Below the pieces are notes generated by a model that worked only from the letters and a program-made list of their open reading frames with translations, did not search any database and had not been told where the DNA came from. 64,000 nucleotides of DNA from Camelus dromedarius (taxonomy: Eukaryota): assembly GCF_036321535.1 (NCBI RefSeq), contig NC_087437.1, forward strand, positions 88,662,001 through 88,726,000. Direction: 5' to 3'. How positions within the stretch are numbered: the stretch's first letter is position 1; the number at the start of each line of letters is the position of its first letter. This document shows positions 1 through 13,567 of this stretch, one piece after another. A program made the translations under genes and the position numbers.

Positions 1-115
1 TCCCAAATGGTGGTTGTGAGGATTAAATACTTTTCATAACTTACTTAGCACAGGGCCTGGAACACAGAAAGGACGCAATAGATCTTAGCTGTTATTCTTA
101 CTTGTATTATTATTT
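1..115 (+). mobile_element. MIR SINE 3' fragment
   Basis: ggttgtgaggattaaat...acttagcacagggcctggaacacag...aatagatcttagctgttatt resembles the MIR core/3' end. Confidence 0.75.
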
Positions 116-469
116 TATCTTACTAAACACTCCATTGATAGCCCCATCAGCTTAAAATAATTTTGTTTGAAAATCCTGCTTTAGCTATGGGAAATTTTTT
201 TGACTGTATGCTTTGAACTATACATTTTATCTATAAATAATTCATGTATTGCTTATATTGCAATGCCAAAACTTGACATTTTATCATTAAACTACATTAT
301 TTTTTTAAATCATGTACTTTATAATTAAAAATGTTATATCTTATAAATGCTATTAAGTAAAAAATCATAGTACATTTTATAAATTAAACTTTAAATATAT
401 AAACATCAAATCCCAGACAAGCCTACACCAAAGAGGCAACTTCAAAATAGGGGAATAACCCTTACAGGA

Positions 470-830
470 AATATGATGAAAGTATAATATATTTGATTGT
501 GAAAGCACATAAAACTTAGAAGAAAATAGAATAACAAGCCCTTAAGAAGTGGTAAAATGCCATGACAAACAGTTTGCATACAGAAATATGTTGAACCTCA
601 CCAGTAATGAAAGAAAGACAAAATTTAAACAAAAATACTACATATTTGTTAATAAAGCAAAAATATAAAATAATTAAAATGCTCTTTGCTCATAAGAATG
701 GGTTGGAACATTTAACTAATATATTTTAAATTAATAGACACTTTTGACAAAGTAATTTAGCTTTGTGTTTAAAAATGTTTTTAAAGTTTACTCTCTAATA
801 ATCCCAGTCTTCATAAATTCCTTGCATGAG
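470..830 (+). mobile_element. Highly decayed old L1 (L1ME-like) fragment
   Basis: A-rich; aaatatgttgaacctcaccagtaatgaaagaaagacaaaatttaaac resembles the L1 ORF2 3' region. Confidence 0.5.
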
Positions 831-1129
831 AAGGACAAAAAATGAGTCTCAATACACATTAAGCACCCTAATTAGAGATATTTTAGGGTGCTTATGCATT
901 TGCGTATGTCAGATGCAAGAGAACATTCTGTTTTAGCCTGTTTTCTCATTTAACTTGTCATTGTCAGTTAATATTCAGATCAATTAATTTGATTTTCCCA
1001 ATAAGTTCAAGATAAAAATAATAATTATATTTTAATTTTGTATGTTTCAAAATATATACATTTCAGTCTGAGGACTACACTGTTATTGTCTGAATTTCCT
1101 TTTAGTGGCATTTTTTTTTTTAACTCTCA

Positions 1130-1292
1130 GCATTACATTTCTAGACTAGATTGTGAATTCATTGTCAGATTAGTAATTCCTAGAGAACAGAGTTTCTCTC
1201 CTTTATCCTTATACCCTTCGTCCTTAGTAACAAGGTACCTGGCATGGTGAACACATTTAATACACGTTTGTTGATTGAATGTATAAATGAAC
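1130..1292 (+). mobile_element. L2 LINE 3' end
   Basis: ctagactagattgtgaattc...cctggcatggtgaacacatttaatacacgtttgttgattgaatg, a typical L2 terminus. Confidence 0.75.
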
Positions 1293-3289
1293 AACTTCTG
1301 AATATTAATATCTTCTACTTGGAAATTTTGCTTTTTGTTTTCATCAAGGATGTATTCTTTGTATTTTAGACTGGTTGTTTCTATTTAAATACATTCAGAC
1401 CCTAAGGGATTATTTCCATTTAATTTTATTCAGATGGTTCCAATCTTAAAAACAAACACAATCTTTCAAATCATCTACCGTTACTAATTTTTAGCCATTT
1501 TCCGTATTTCCTTTCCTTTGTCTCAACTTCTGGGACATTTTATTGGCCTAATTTTTTAAAGCTAAGCCACAGCTTTCGTGACAGAATGAAGAGTTGGGAG
1601 GGATTTTAGAGACCTAGCAATCTAGTAAGTAAATTCAGGGATGTAATAATTGTGTGTCAAATAATTTGCTCATGGTTATAAAAATAACTTACTGCAAGTT
1701 GGGACTAGAATGCCGATTTAGGTTGCATTGCCTCTTTTATTGTAATCCTAAATTTTGAAGGTTTTTATCCCTCTGATTTTTTTTTTTTCTTTAAGCTAGT
1801 CATTCATTCATAAACTACACATTGAAGGCACGCTTTTTGCCTGGCCCTGTGAGGGTCATCATTAATAAACAAGAACACACAGAAAGGTCGTTATTTGAAT
1901 AGGCACACTTGGCAGTTAGAAATATGGAAATATTCTCTCTCCCAAGTGTAATACTCCTCAATTCTTTTCAGATTTGTTGTTTTGCATGTTAAACAAGCTG
2001 ATTCAGCCTAGTGTTCAACACTGAATTTCTTTACTACTTTTTAAATTACAGCCTTCCCTTGAGAAACTTGATTAATTCATATTGCTGAAATTATCACCTT
2101 AGTGCAAATGACATATGGTTTCATTCTGTTTCTAGCCTCTCTGGTTTGGAACATATTTTTGAAACACTAATAGATTTCTTATCCTGGAAGCCTCTTAATG
2201 CTTTGACATTAAACATAGGCATTAAAAAATGTAGCAGTGTTAATTGAGAATGGTAATCAGGATGTCACCACTGGGTCCTATTTTGTGAGAGTTAATGTAA
2301 CTCAATTATGTCTGGTATCCTTAGAATGGAAGTTTAACAATGAGCTATTGTTTTCATTTTATATTATTTCTATATAAAACTGTGCTCTTTGTAAAATAAC
2401 AGTATTTAAAATTTGCAAAATGTAAGTAATATTTAATTGCTACTAGAGTTGATGCTAGTGTTCACCATTCTTGAGGTCTCTTCTTTCAACTTCAGTCCTT
2501 TCAAAGGCTATTTTGATACTTTAAATGCAAATCTTCCTTGTAATATTTCTTTTTATTGTCTAAAGAAAGCTACTTGCCCTTAAGCTTGAGAATTCAATTA
2601 AATATTTTAAAAACTGCCAATCAGCAAGACTGAGCAATAGTAGTAACAACTGGTTGCTCTAAAATGTCTGTTTTAAAAGAATGTGATTTAAATCTAAGAT
2701 TCTTCTGTATCAAATTAATTTTCTTCTGCCCTACACTGACTCTACCTTTGTTTAATAGCTCCAGAGTACGAATATTTCCAAGTCGAAAAATATCAGAGCC
2801 GTTGAAAGAGGTGTTCACAGGAGAGAGTGTGCTCATTGTAATGAACATTATCAAGGTCCATGCTGTTTGACTCTGGCAGGACACTCTGCAACCTGTATCT
2901 TTAAAGTTAATAAAGACAAATTGAAATGATAGGTACTAAATCTGCTCCTGGAATTCTGGGAAAAGTACATTTTATTCCAGAAAAATCTTTTGGGAAGGCA
3001 ACTTGGTGATTTGTCTGTTCAGTACTTGATTCTGTTTCTTTCCCTTATACTTTTGTTTTGTTTCGTTTTTAGAGAAGGACTTCCACATCTCATGCTTTGG
3101 TTTTTCATTGGTCATTTTCTTTCTCTCCTCTCAGCCTTACTCTTCTACCTGTTACAATTTAGATTTGAACCCTTTCTTTAGCCTCCCTACCCTACCCATA
3201 TAATACTTGAATGGCTAAAATTAGCCTATAGGACAGATACTTTGATTCAGTTCCTGTCTGTGCATCAGGTTGGTAAGTTTCACCCACAA

Positions 3290-3580
3290 ATTATAGAACA
3301 CATCAGTTCATAATGGCTTTCACATTAAGGAGTCAGGAAATTATTTCACATAATCAAAACCCATAAACAGAGCAGGCCACAGAATAGTATGAGCAGATAC
3401 TCCATGATGTCATCGGGCACCTGGGCTTCCTCTATCATTCTGTCATCCTCAGCGTCAGCTTCATGGAGTTAGCTTCCTCTGTGTTTGCGTAACGATAGGG
3501 AGGGATTGGAACTTTCTTGGAAAGAAAATCTTCCTCAAATGTCCTCTGCTGACTACTCATGTCCCACAAGTCTAGGCTGG
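3290..3580 (-). mobile_element. Old MaLR LTR fragment (MLT1J/K-like)
   Basis: ctccatgatgtcatcgggcacctgggcttcctctatcattctg...catcctcagcgt resembles the MLT1 reverse strand. Confidence 0.5.
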
Positions 3581-3949
3581 TTATTGGACATGCGATTTCC
3601 ATGATTGGTTTACAAAATTCATTGGGGTATCAACTACTGGCATACGGACTCCGTGAGAATATATACTATCTAACTAACTCATGACCATTCCCTAGATATC
3701 CCAGTGCCTAGATATTTTCCAGCACGTAATTGGGCTTCGCCTTGGGATTTTGAGTAGATATTCAAACCCTCATGACTATGTTACATACGGCAGGTAGCTG
3801 CAAGAGTTACAGATAATGCTCCCAGAAAAGCAGCTAAAAGACCATCTGCTTTCTATCTTCCTGTGCTTTCCTTCTCTCATTAAGATCCCTATCTGTGCAA
3901 TTAACCCTGCTTTAATTCCTAGACCAATCTGGATTTAAGAGTTTAAATC

Positions 3950-4100
3950 AGCCCCCTTTTTTGCCTTTAAATCCTTCATCACTACAATAGAATTAATAAT
4001 ATCTACCTTAAATAGTGGTTGTGAGGATTAGAAAAAAATGTATGCAAAACATCTGACACTGTGCCAGATGTATAAGCGGAATCTGATAAATGATAGTGTT
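3950..4100 (+). mobile_element. MIR fragment
   Basis: ataatatctacctta...tggttgtgaggattag...atgtatgcaaaacatctgacactgtgcc. Confidence 0.7.
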
Positions 4101-7100
4101 CTTTTCTGGATTCTTTGTACCAAACTAACTAAAGTCACGACATCCCCTCAGGCTCTATCCTGTGCCACTTGTTATATCTGTGGGAAACCTGACCTGAGAC
4201 CATGGATCACAGGGCTGACCTTGGACCTTACCTAGTTCTGAGCTGTCTGTGGTGTCCTTGCTCTGAAGGTGTTTTTGGTACCAGAGTGTCTACACCCAAG
4301 GTTCTAACTTGTCTCTGGACTCAGCTTCTGATCTGGTTTCCATTTTTATTCATACTCTCATTTCCTGTCTAATTCCTTAGTGCCCCTGGGATGTTGAGTC
4401 TTGCTTTGCTCTGATCAGCACCCGTATGTGGGAGCTGGAATGGCTTCAGAACTCAGTTGGTGACTTGGGCTCCCATAGTTAAAGACTGACTTCCTTAAGG
4501 CCAGTGTCTTCCTGTCTAAGTGGACATCCAAGTTTCACCTAACTAGATTACCCATCCTTATGCTTGTCTATCTTGCTGATACGTCTCATTTCTAAAGCTT
4601 CAAACCTCGAACCAAGATATGGAATGAAAATCACAGTACTTTGTAACTCTATGACTTACATACCCTGCAGAATGGCTAATAGTAGCCAAACTCACTCATA
4701 ACCATTCTGCCCTCTCGGATATTTCAAATGCCAGCCTTCATTTCTATTTCCACTTTGCAGCCATGTCTTCTTCCCGACTTTACACTTCACACCACGCCCG
4801 TCCCTTTAAATGTGCATAGATTTAAAGAATTACAGAGTTTCCTTCTCATGACTTATTTTCAAAGGAAAATATATAAAACTAAGTATGGAATGAAAGAAAA
4901 ATATATTAAAAGTGACGGAAGAGAGGGAAGGAGGAAAAGAGGAGAGAGCTTATTTGAGCTTGTAGTTTTTAGTATCAACAGTCATGATTGGTAATTTCCA
5001 ACCCCAAACAGTATTTAATTATTTCCTTCATCAATGCCCTTCTTGGAAATTTTTATTTACTTATTTTTATGTTTTTTGGAAGGAAAGACAATGCTGAAGG
5101 AAAAAGTCTCTGCTTATCTTAGTTAATTCCAAATATGTGAGCTCTTTTTATTGATGGGGAAATAATGTACCACTTTTTGTAGTACATCCACTGATGAATA
5201 GCTGATGAATAAATAACACATCGTCAGGTAATGTACTATCAACAAGGGACTCTGCTCTGTCCCGATGATTGGAAAATTGTATACATTACCTCTGATCATG
5301 GTATCTGAGGATGTGCTGGTTTGCATTTTTTGCATTCCTCCCCTGACTACTTTTGTTTTTCTTCATTATCTTGTCTTGTAAGCAATCTATTTCTGTGGTC
5401 CAACACAATTAATTTTTTGGATTAAAATGGATTAGAAAGGGTAAGGCAGAACTTCAGGAAAATCTCCTACACGTGTCATGAGAATATTTGCTCTGCCTAT
5501 GCCGTGCTTTTTCCTTATTATAGAAAGCAGATTATTTTGACAAGGCCATGACTTGTTCTCAAACAAGATGCTGTGAAGTCTCTGCTTTCTAAAGACTCTA
5601 TATAGACACCATACATGCTCTATTAAGATAACTGCATATATACATATAAAGAAATGGGCGTGTTGTGATATTATATGTATATATTTACTTATACAAATAT
5701 CTCTAACTAGAGAAATAGCATTTATATAAGTATATACATAATCGACACATACCTACTATATGTTTATATCCATATCCAATTCTAAATTTACATTATCTTT
5801 GATATAAGTGCTCTCTGGAGGTCAGGGAGTCTATCTGTCTTTGTTAATGAATGAATCCCAAATATTTAGGTAAGTGCCTCACAGGCTTTGAATGAAGGAA
5901 AGGTGTTGTTAATGCATGTTTTATAAAGTATCTGGGAAAGCTTGTCTATTGGTGTTCTCGTTTAAAAAATTAGAAGAGAATTGTGATTGATATGTACCCT
6001 CAGTGAAATAATTACAGTGCTTATAACATCTCCTCCTGCAGCCCGAGATCTAATTTTGCCCACAGGGGGCTCAGCTGTAGGTCTAGGGAGAACCCACCAT
6101 GGTCAGCCTCTAATACTCGTTGAACCCTCTAGAATCTGGGGTCCTGAGATTCTTTGTAGAGTGACTGGTGCTTCCTTTGAGACAGAAATCTGGAAGGATT
6201 GTGGGCATATGAGACAGTCCTAATATTGTTAAATTTTTAAAGAGAGAAACCAGCATATTAAAATAAAAGGTTTGCATTTTTGAATGGGTGATACAGCATC
6301 TGTGTATTTCCTAGTAATGGCTGTGGGCTTCAGAATACACCAGATCTAACTGAGTGGAGAAACAATAAAAATAAAATCAATGTCAAAAGTCCAAGAGCAG
6401 ATTTCAAAAAAGCAGAGCTAACAAAAATCCCAAATGTAGGAAACTCCTGGGGCTTTTGTGTCAATGGAAAAAATAACAAAGGGGTGGGTAAACATATGAT
6501 TGCTATTGTTGGCTGCTTGTTATTCAGTGTTATCTTAAAAAAAAAACAAAACTTCATATATAAATTTAATTTCAATTGGGATACTATAATCCAGCTCAGG
6601 GTTTGACTTTGTAACTGAGACCACATAGGTCACTTTGAGTGGTGGGATTTGAACTGATAATTTCAGGTCTACTTTCTCATCTGCAATATAGAAATCTGGA
6701 CTAAACAACCCCCTTTCTTGCACAGACATCGCTTAATTATTAAATTTATTTGCAGAGGTCTAACCACTGCTGGTTCTGCAGAAAGCCCACAGTCCCGTGA
6801 TGCCTGCACACCCGCACTCCTGGCATGGAGTCATTGCATCCTCTTCCTTTTTGGATGAGAGCATCCCTAGGCACCTGGCAAAAATTTTAACTGGAGTCAG
6901 TCCTCAATTGGCTCTCTCTTCTCAATTTGAGTAACACACCCTGATTTCAGAGAAATGCTGACATGGGAAGATTAGCATGAAGGTGAGAGGGAGGAGAGAA
7001 ATCGAGGCAGTAAGCCCTCAACTTACGTATGTGTTGAATATTTCATGGGTAACTGCATATGGGATTGAGTTTTTTTTAAGTGTGTGTAACATCTGGTTCT

Positions 7101-7849
7101 TTTTTCACTGAAATCATGTGCAGTGCTTTTTTTTTCTTCCTGCTTAAGAGCAGATTTTCTATTGTTTCATAAATAATTTTGGTTTTGTACCAAAGGCATT
7201 TGTATTAATTCAATATGGTGCAGTCCAAGTATTCCCTGGAATGGTTTTGACTGTATTGTTTATTGATCTCTCCACTTACTTGCTTTATGTTTGTCTTCAG
7301 CCAGCTATCACATCATGATTTTTGGTACTCATCTGGACCCAGAAATTAAACTTAGAAGGAAATTCTACTATTGACTTTTTTTGTTTCTTTTTCCTTTTGC
7401 CTGGTGTTTGGAAGGCAGAAGGTGGGAGGGGAGCAATAGAATTTAAGGCCACTTTGTTTTGCAGGGAAGAAACATATATATGTAAATACTTCTGCTACTG
7501 CTCTCCACTTAAACAGCATTGCCGTGAGTCTCTGAGGCTTGCCAGTAACTTATAGACCAGCAGAAGGAGTTTCATCTTTGGGTTGCATTTTGCCCCACAG
7601 ATTAATGGTTGTAAAACGGACCTGAAATCTTTTTGAATCTGTGTAGATGGAAGGCTTAACTTGTCAGTTTTAGAAACAGGAAAAAAAATTAGAATTTTTT
7701 TCAATTTCTTGATAATTATGACTTCTTTTTACACTTCCAGTCTTAAGCTCCATCATGATGCAGGATGAAGACCTCGCCCCATACTCGATGATCAAGCCCA
7801 GTCCTCTCTCTCAACCTATTAGCACCCTGGAAAGTGTCAGTCTTATACA

Positions 7850-8290
7850 TTCACCTTCATGCTAAATTTCTGCTTTGCCCTCTGTGAACTCAAAACAAGC
7901 ATGCCTAAAACTGAAATCAAGGTTTCTTTCCCACTAAACTAGAATTTTGTTCAACTTCTCTTAATTCTAACAACAGATCCATCACTTCAGTATTTATGCT
8001 GCCACCAAACTTCATCTTGCTCACTTCACCTTAGGGCTTGACAAGTTCAAAGGTCTCCCCATTGACCTGCCTGCTCATATCTTCTAATTGGATCAGAAAA
8101 CTGGTGTTTTGATTGGTAGATTTTAATACATAACATCTGTATATATATTTTAATACGTTCCTTGCCTGCTCAAATATTTTCAGTTACTCTTTGCCTCTTG
8201 GAGGGTAAATTTTAAACAAACTTTAAAGCCTGGCATGAATAGTCCTATACAATCCAGGCATCATTTTCCCTAATCGTGCACCCTTGTCAC
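7850..8290 (+). mobile_element. L2 fragment (decayed)
   Basis: ctcaaaacaagcatgcctaaaactgaaatc...ccctgctcaaa-like...taaatttt...aaagcctggcat, L2-like. Confidence 0.5.
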
Positions 8291-10689
8291 TATACAGTGC
8301 TTTTGTAGAGGTTTTATGGTTGTGAAAAGCCACATGATTTTCTAGTCCCTTCCAAACTTATGGCCCTATGATGCATAACTTTTTGACCTTAATTCTCACA
8401 TATTCCCACTATTCCTGACACAAACATTGTTTGTGTTCAGTTAATATGCATGTTGGACATAAAGCAATGCTTAGGGTGTGTTTTCTACATACCTAAGACC
8501 GGCTTACCTATGAGAGACCACTTTATATTTCGACTCATTCACTCATTCTTTCCTGGCCACCTGATCCCTCCCACGCTTCTAATCTTACTCGCTTTTACTG
8601 TCAGATTCTCTCATTTAGCACTATAATTTGTTGGCCTGAATTACTATTTGCTTTTCTATTGTATGTGCTTCTGATTAGATTATAAGGTTCTGAGTAAAGA
8701 GATTGTTGTGTATCACTTTGTTTTCCCACTTGGTGTAAACACCTGCATATGCATATCACAGATATCCTCTAAATGTTTGCTAATGGTGTTAACGGTCCTT
8801 TAACTTCGCCACCTGTCTGACCAACTCCTGGTTGGCTTTCAGTGCCCGGCTCCAGCCTGCCTGCTGCATTCAACCTTGCCTGACTGAAGCCTGAGTCATC
8901 TTAGGTTCTCTGAAAGTTCTTTCATACTTTTAGCTAGTTTCATTTTTTTCTTGTCACCACAATTAATCTTCTTTCTTTCTCTCTCCCTCCCAACCCCCCT
9001 CTCTCCTTCTTTTAAAGATTCCGGGCACAAAATAAGTGCATATAATAATTATTTATGATTGACTGGGGACTCCCCTGAAAACATCTGAACTTTTTCCCAG
9101 GTCACAAATCTGTAGACTTACATGAACGTGTTGTGCTGTGCTACAACTGGTAATCAGCATACCTGGAACTTAACAGGAGTGGATACACAACCACAGAGCA
9201 CGACTCCACAGCTCCACAAGTCCAAGAAGGTATGCCCCGTAAAACCCAAACTAAAGGGCTGTGTGAATAGCGCGATGAGAATTTGCCAGCCAGCTAGAAG
9301 ACTGAGGCGACATCTCTCCACTCACGTCTGCCACTTGATGTACTCTGCTCCTGTGCACACTGCTCTTGAGTGTGGGAAGCTTGGCACACACGTATCAGGC
9401 CAGGCAAAAACCCGCAGAGCGAGGAAATAATTCAGAAACCACCGGACACACTGCCAGATTAGCCGCCTCCATTATCACAGTCCCAGGCATCCGCAATGAC
9501 TAGGCACATTTCTGCATGACTTCATTCACTGGTTTGGGCCAAAGAAAGACAACAGAAGGAAGGTCCCATGTAGACAGCTGTGCCGAATAGATGTGGCGCC
9601 ACTGCTGTCCAGGACTGTCAGTCCTACTAAACCCGCCAACGGGTGGGGCCGCCCAACATAAATATAGATAATATTTGTGGTTGAACGCCCACACAGTTAT
9701 GCAGAAAGCCTTATGGTTGGCTTACAGTTTGATCTGGTATTTTTAAAAATACTAAGGCATAAATAGAAAGATGACCTAGATGCATAAATAGATGTCCCTG
9801 CCCACCATGTGCTAGAAAAATATCTCGGGGTCTCAAACACTGAAATAAACATGATTTCTACCCTGTAGTAAAAACAATTGAATTTTCCCAAATTCAAAAT
9901 TAGGCAAAGCCTGAGGATTTACTAGAAAAATTAAAATTTTTTCTCTCTCTTTTCACTATAGCTACAGGCAAAGGGAGGAAAAATCAGCCATTATTCAGTG
10001 CTTTTAATTGATGTATGAAATCAGTTGAATTAACTCACTGTAGAGAACCAGCTTCTCTCCTCTACCCCTCACTTCTGTGTAGAGGGAATTTATATTTTGA
10101 GGCTCATTACTGGCACTTTTCCTTTTCCTTTTATTCTATAAACACATCACTAGACTTTACTGTTTCGAGTAAAAAAAAATGTGTAAATAGGGGGAAAACA
10201 GTAAGGGAATAAGTAACTCTATATAGAGATGAATTTCAAAATTTTAAAGTTTTGCTAGTGTTTAAATTACTATGAAGAATTTTTTTTTTCCATAAGGGAA
10301 ACTATTCTTAATGGAATAAATTGAGTCATAGGTATCAAATAACTATGGTTTCCTCATAAAGATTAGGACGTCATGTATATTTGTGACTTTGTTTTATGTT
10401 AAGACAGCAAATAATTCCTTTTCATTGGGGAGAAAATCAAATTATATAAGTGATTTCTCTAAAGCAAAATTACCTTTTCCCACAAAATTTTATAAGTCAT
10501 TGGGCCATATGTATTATCTCCATGGTTATTATCTGTCTACACTAGTCCTCACATTTAGATCTTTTCTACCTTAAAGAAGTACCTCTTTTTCTTTGGTGGC
10601 AACTAGCCTTCACACTCTGAGGCCTGAAACAGTGTAGCTGATTTTAGTTTTTTCATTGAACAGATTTGTTAAATCAATGACCACAAAAT

Positions 10690-11050
10690 TGGTATAGTAA
10701 AAAAAGCCCAGGTTTTGCACCACGTAGCTAAGACTTCAAATCCAAACTCTCTGTTGTAGCCTTTAGCATATCCCTGCATTTCTCTGGGTATTATTTTTTT
10801 CAGTGAAAAATTATACTAATTTGCAGGGAGGAGAGTATAGGTCAGTGCTAGAACACATGCTTATTAGCATGCACAAGTTCCTGGGTTCAATCCCCAGTAC
10901 CTCCATTAAAAATAAATAAACCTAATTACCTCTTCCCAAAATAAAAAATAATACAAAATAAAAAATGATACTAATTTACAGCTTTGTTGAGATAATTTGT
11001 ACAGTGCCTAGTACATGGTAGTCTTAAATAACTGGTAGCTCTTATTATGG
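10690..11050 (+). mobile_element. MIR interrupted by a younger SINE
   Basis: MIR-like 5' part (ttcaaatccaaactct) and 3' part (acagtgcctagtacatggtagtcttaaataactggtagc) flank the SINE at 10826-10960. Confidence 0.6.
10826..10960 (+). mobile_element. Camelid tRNA-Ala-derived SINE (vic-1 type)
   Basis: tRNA-like head (gggaggagagtataggtcagtgctagaacacatgc...ctgggttcaatccccagtacctcc) with B box GGTTCAATCC, body aataaataaacctaattacctc and A-rich tail; 20-bp TSD aaaaattatactaatttgca (10806-10825) / aaaaatgatactaatttaca (10961-10980). Confidence 0.85.
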
Positions 11051-11820
11051 CCTTTAATCAGAGAGAGCCATGCTGCAATTAATTGTTCATATATGACCTT
11101 GGGAAAATAAATCATCATTCCTAATTCAGTTTTTACAACAACAATGAGAACAAAAGTACATTAATGGCATCTGGAACACAGAGCTGGTTGTAACAATTCG
11201 GTAAGAGTGTGAGTGAATCAACCCAGCAAATAATCAATCCTATAAACACATCCAGAAAGGGAAAGAAAGTTTTATGATGAAAGTAGAAAGTGAAGGAAAT
11301 CAACTATGAAGTTCAAGGCTAGGAATTTATTTTAGTAACCTAGTTTTTGTTAACACACAGTCTACTCCAGAAAAATCATGCATTTTCTTCCTCCTTGATT
11401 TTTCTACTGGTCTAAAATTCTTCACCAATTTTTCAAGCAAAAAATAAAAATGGGAGCGATTGCTATCATGGGTATATAAGTAATGTGTGAGAATATTCCT
11501 TTCAGAAGTAAAGCAAAATGCACCCCATTGAGAAGAAAAGACAAAGCGTTGTAAATTGTCTCTATTGACTAAAGAGGTTTGCGTTTGCAATATGTTTCAC
11601 CCCCCCCAAAAAAATTAGAGCCACAAAATCTAAGATCCTTATCTGCAGTTTCAGAATCAAAATTCCACAAGCAAAATATTAGAAATGTAAACTTTTTTTC
11701 AGATGAAAAAGATTATTTTGAATTGCTTTCCTTTTTTTCTTGTATTTTTCTTCACTTATAATTGTGCCAGAATTTCTCTGTTTTTATGTTTTGAAAATAT
11801 TTTCCCACTGATTAAAAAAT

Positions 11821-11885
11821 TTAAAAAGTCACTTGGTGACAGACATTAAAAGTCACTTGGTGCATGCATAAAAAGTCACTATATG
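11821..11885. repeat. Short imperfect tandem repeat, ~24 bp x3 (taaaaagtcacttggtg core)
   Basis: aaaagtcact occurs three times at ~24 bp spacing. Confidence 0.8.
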
Positions 11886-13211
11886 CCTTCACTGTATATT
11901 CAAATAACACGGGGAGAAATACTGTACCTGAAAACTCAGAAAGTGTTTCTAGACTTTCAGAGATAAATGATTGGAACAGTGGGATCTCTGCGTCTACCCA
12001 GTATGAAAGTGCCTCTAAGCTGAACAGAACTCCTTGTAAGCATACCTGGGGGAATTCGTTCTGCTCAGAACTCAGTCATGCTTTCATACTAATTAAGATG
12101 ATGGACTGTATATTTAATAAATTTTCCAATTGTGAACAAACATATATATTGTGAAACAACAAATCACTAGGGCATGTTTTTATTATATTATTAACAACCT
12201 TTAAAACACTTAGTGACAATAGGAAATGGCTTTCTGCCATAATCACTTATTTTGAAGTTGTGCTTCTTAGATTCTTCTCGGTTGGCACTCTGTAGTATTT
12301 ACACACTAACTTGACTTAACCTGTGGGCAATTAATCAGCAGGAGGAGGCTTACACAACAACGAGTGCAACCTTTAATGGGAAGACATTATCAGCATCATT
12401 ATCAGTAATATTTATATAGTGTAATAAATAATGCTTTATTTCTAAACCAGTGTCAGCCGAGGGAATCCTTGCCCTGAGAATCTAGCTGTAGGATGCTGGT
12501 ATTCGCTAGAGGTCATATTTGCTTATGGTTTGGGCCAAGTCTTGCAAACACTTCTCTATGTATTTTTCTGATTTAAGTATCTGGTAGCCACTTACTTGAC
12601 TGAGGTGCACAGGGTAACCTGAAGGGAGCTCACTCTTTCTGAATTGCCCAAACTCAGTAAGAATGAGGACTAATTCACAATCTGGAGGTTGACCATATGG
12701 TTTTTTGTCCAACCCATGACAACTGTGAGAGTGCATGGGAGCCCCGTTAATTATTAACCCGAGAGAACCATAAGCCAGACTGTTTCACGCAACCTCAACA
12801 CCTGTGGACTTCATTAATACCTGCTTACCTGCCTCCCCTATGATTTGATCATGTGAATACAAATCAGGAACTTTCAGCTCTACCATTTTCTGTTTGTGCA
12901 ACATTAGGATTTCAAGTCCTCGAAGCATCTCTTTCTTCATCTTTGAAATGGGCATACTGACCTGCTGGTTGCTGTGTATAAAGGTCTTGTTGTGGTACTT
13001 GGGGAATAGCAGGTACTCTGCTGATGATAGAGATCTGTATTATCATCACTTTCCCTGAATATCTCCAAACTAGAGTTGTTGATGAGCTCACTGAGCAACC
13101 TAGTTTATGAAGTTTGCAGTCCATAGCACTTGTCTGAAAGGTAAGAGATCAAATCTGGATTGTGTCACCTTAGGAAACATTCTTACCTTTGTGTAACATT
13201 AAAATAGTAAT

Positions 13212-13235
13212 TAACTAACTAACTAACTAACTAAC
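13212..13235. repeat. (TAAC)6 microsatellite
   Basis: Direct reading. Confidence 0.95.
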
Positions 13236-13567
13236 GCCCCAAAAGATGCAGCTATAACACCAGGAAATCTCCACTGCTTTTACCCATGTGCTCACTACAA
13301 GATCATTTCTGGCACCTGTGGAGGGATGGCCCATGATAACGCAGTGAGGTGAGACAAGCATACCCCAGGTGCCTCCTCACTGCCAATGCCAGCGCATCTT
13401 TCCCCCTCCCCAGGACTTGGCTCCCAGCTGCCACTCCAGCCTGTTCTATCATCTGTTCCTCATACTCAGAGTTTTGAAAATTTTTCCTACATTGGCAGTT
13501 TTGAATATCTTCTTCTCTTTGATACATGCTTTTCCTATTTTTCTAGACCCTCTGATTGCTGACTCTT

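Noticed and set aside
9150..9240. Minus-strand peptide DLWSCGVVL resembling kinase subdomain IX
   Set aside because: No other kinase motifs (DFG, APE, HRD) in frame or nearby and the frame stops within a few codons; probably chance
10826..10905. tRNA gene
   Set aside because: The tRNA-like head is followed by a SINE body, an A-tail and TSDs, so it is a SINE and not a functional tRNA
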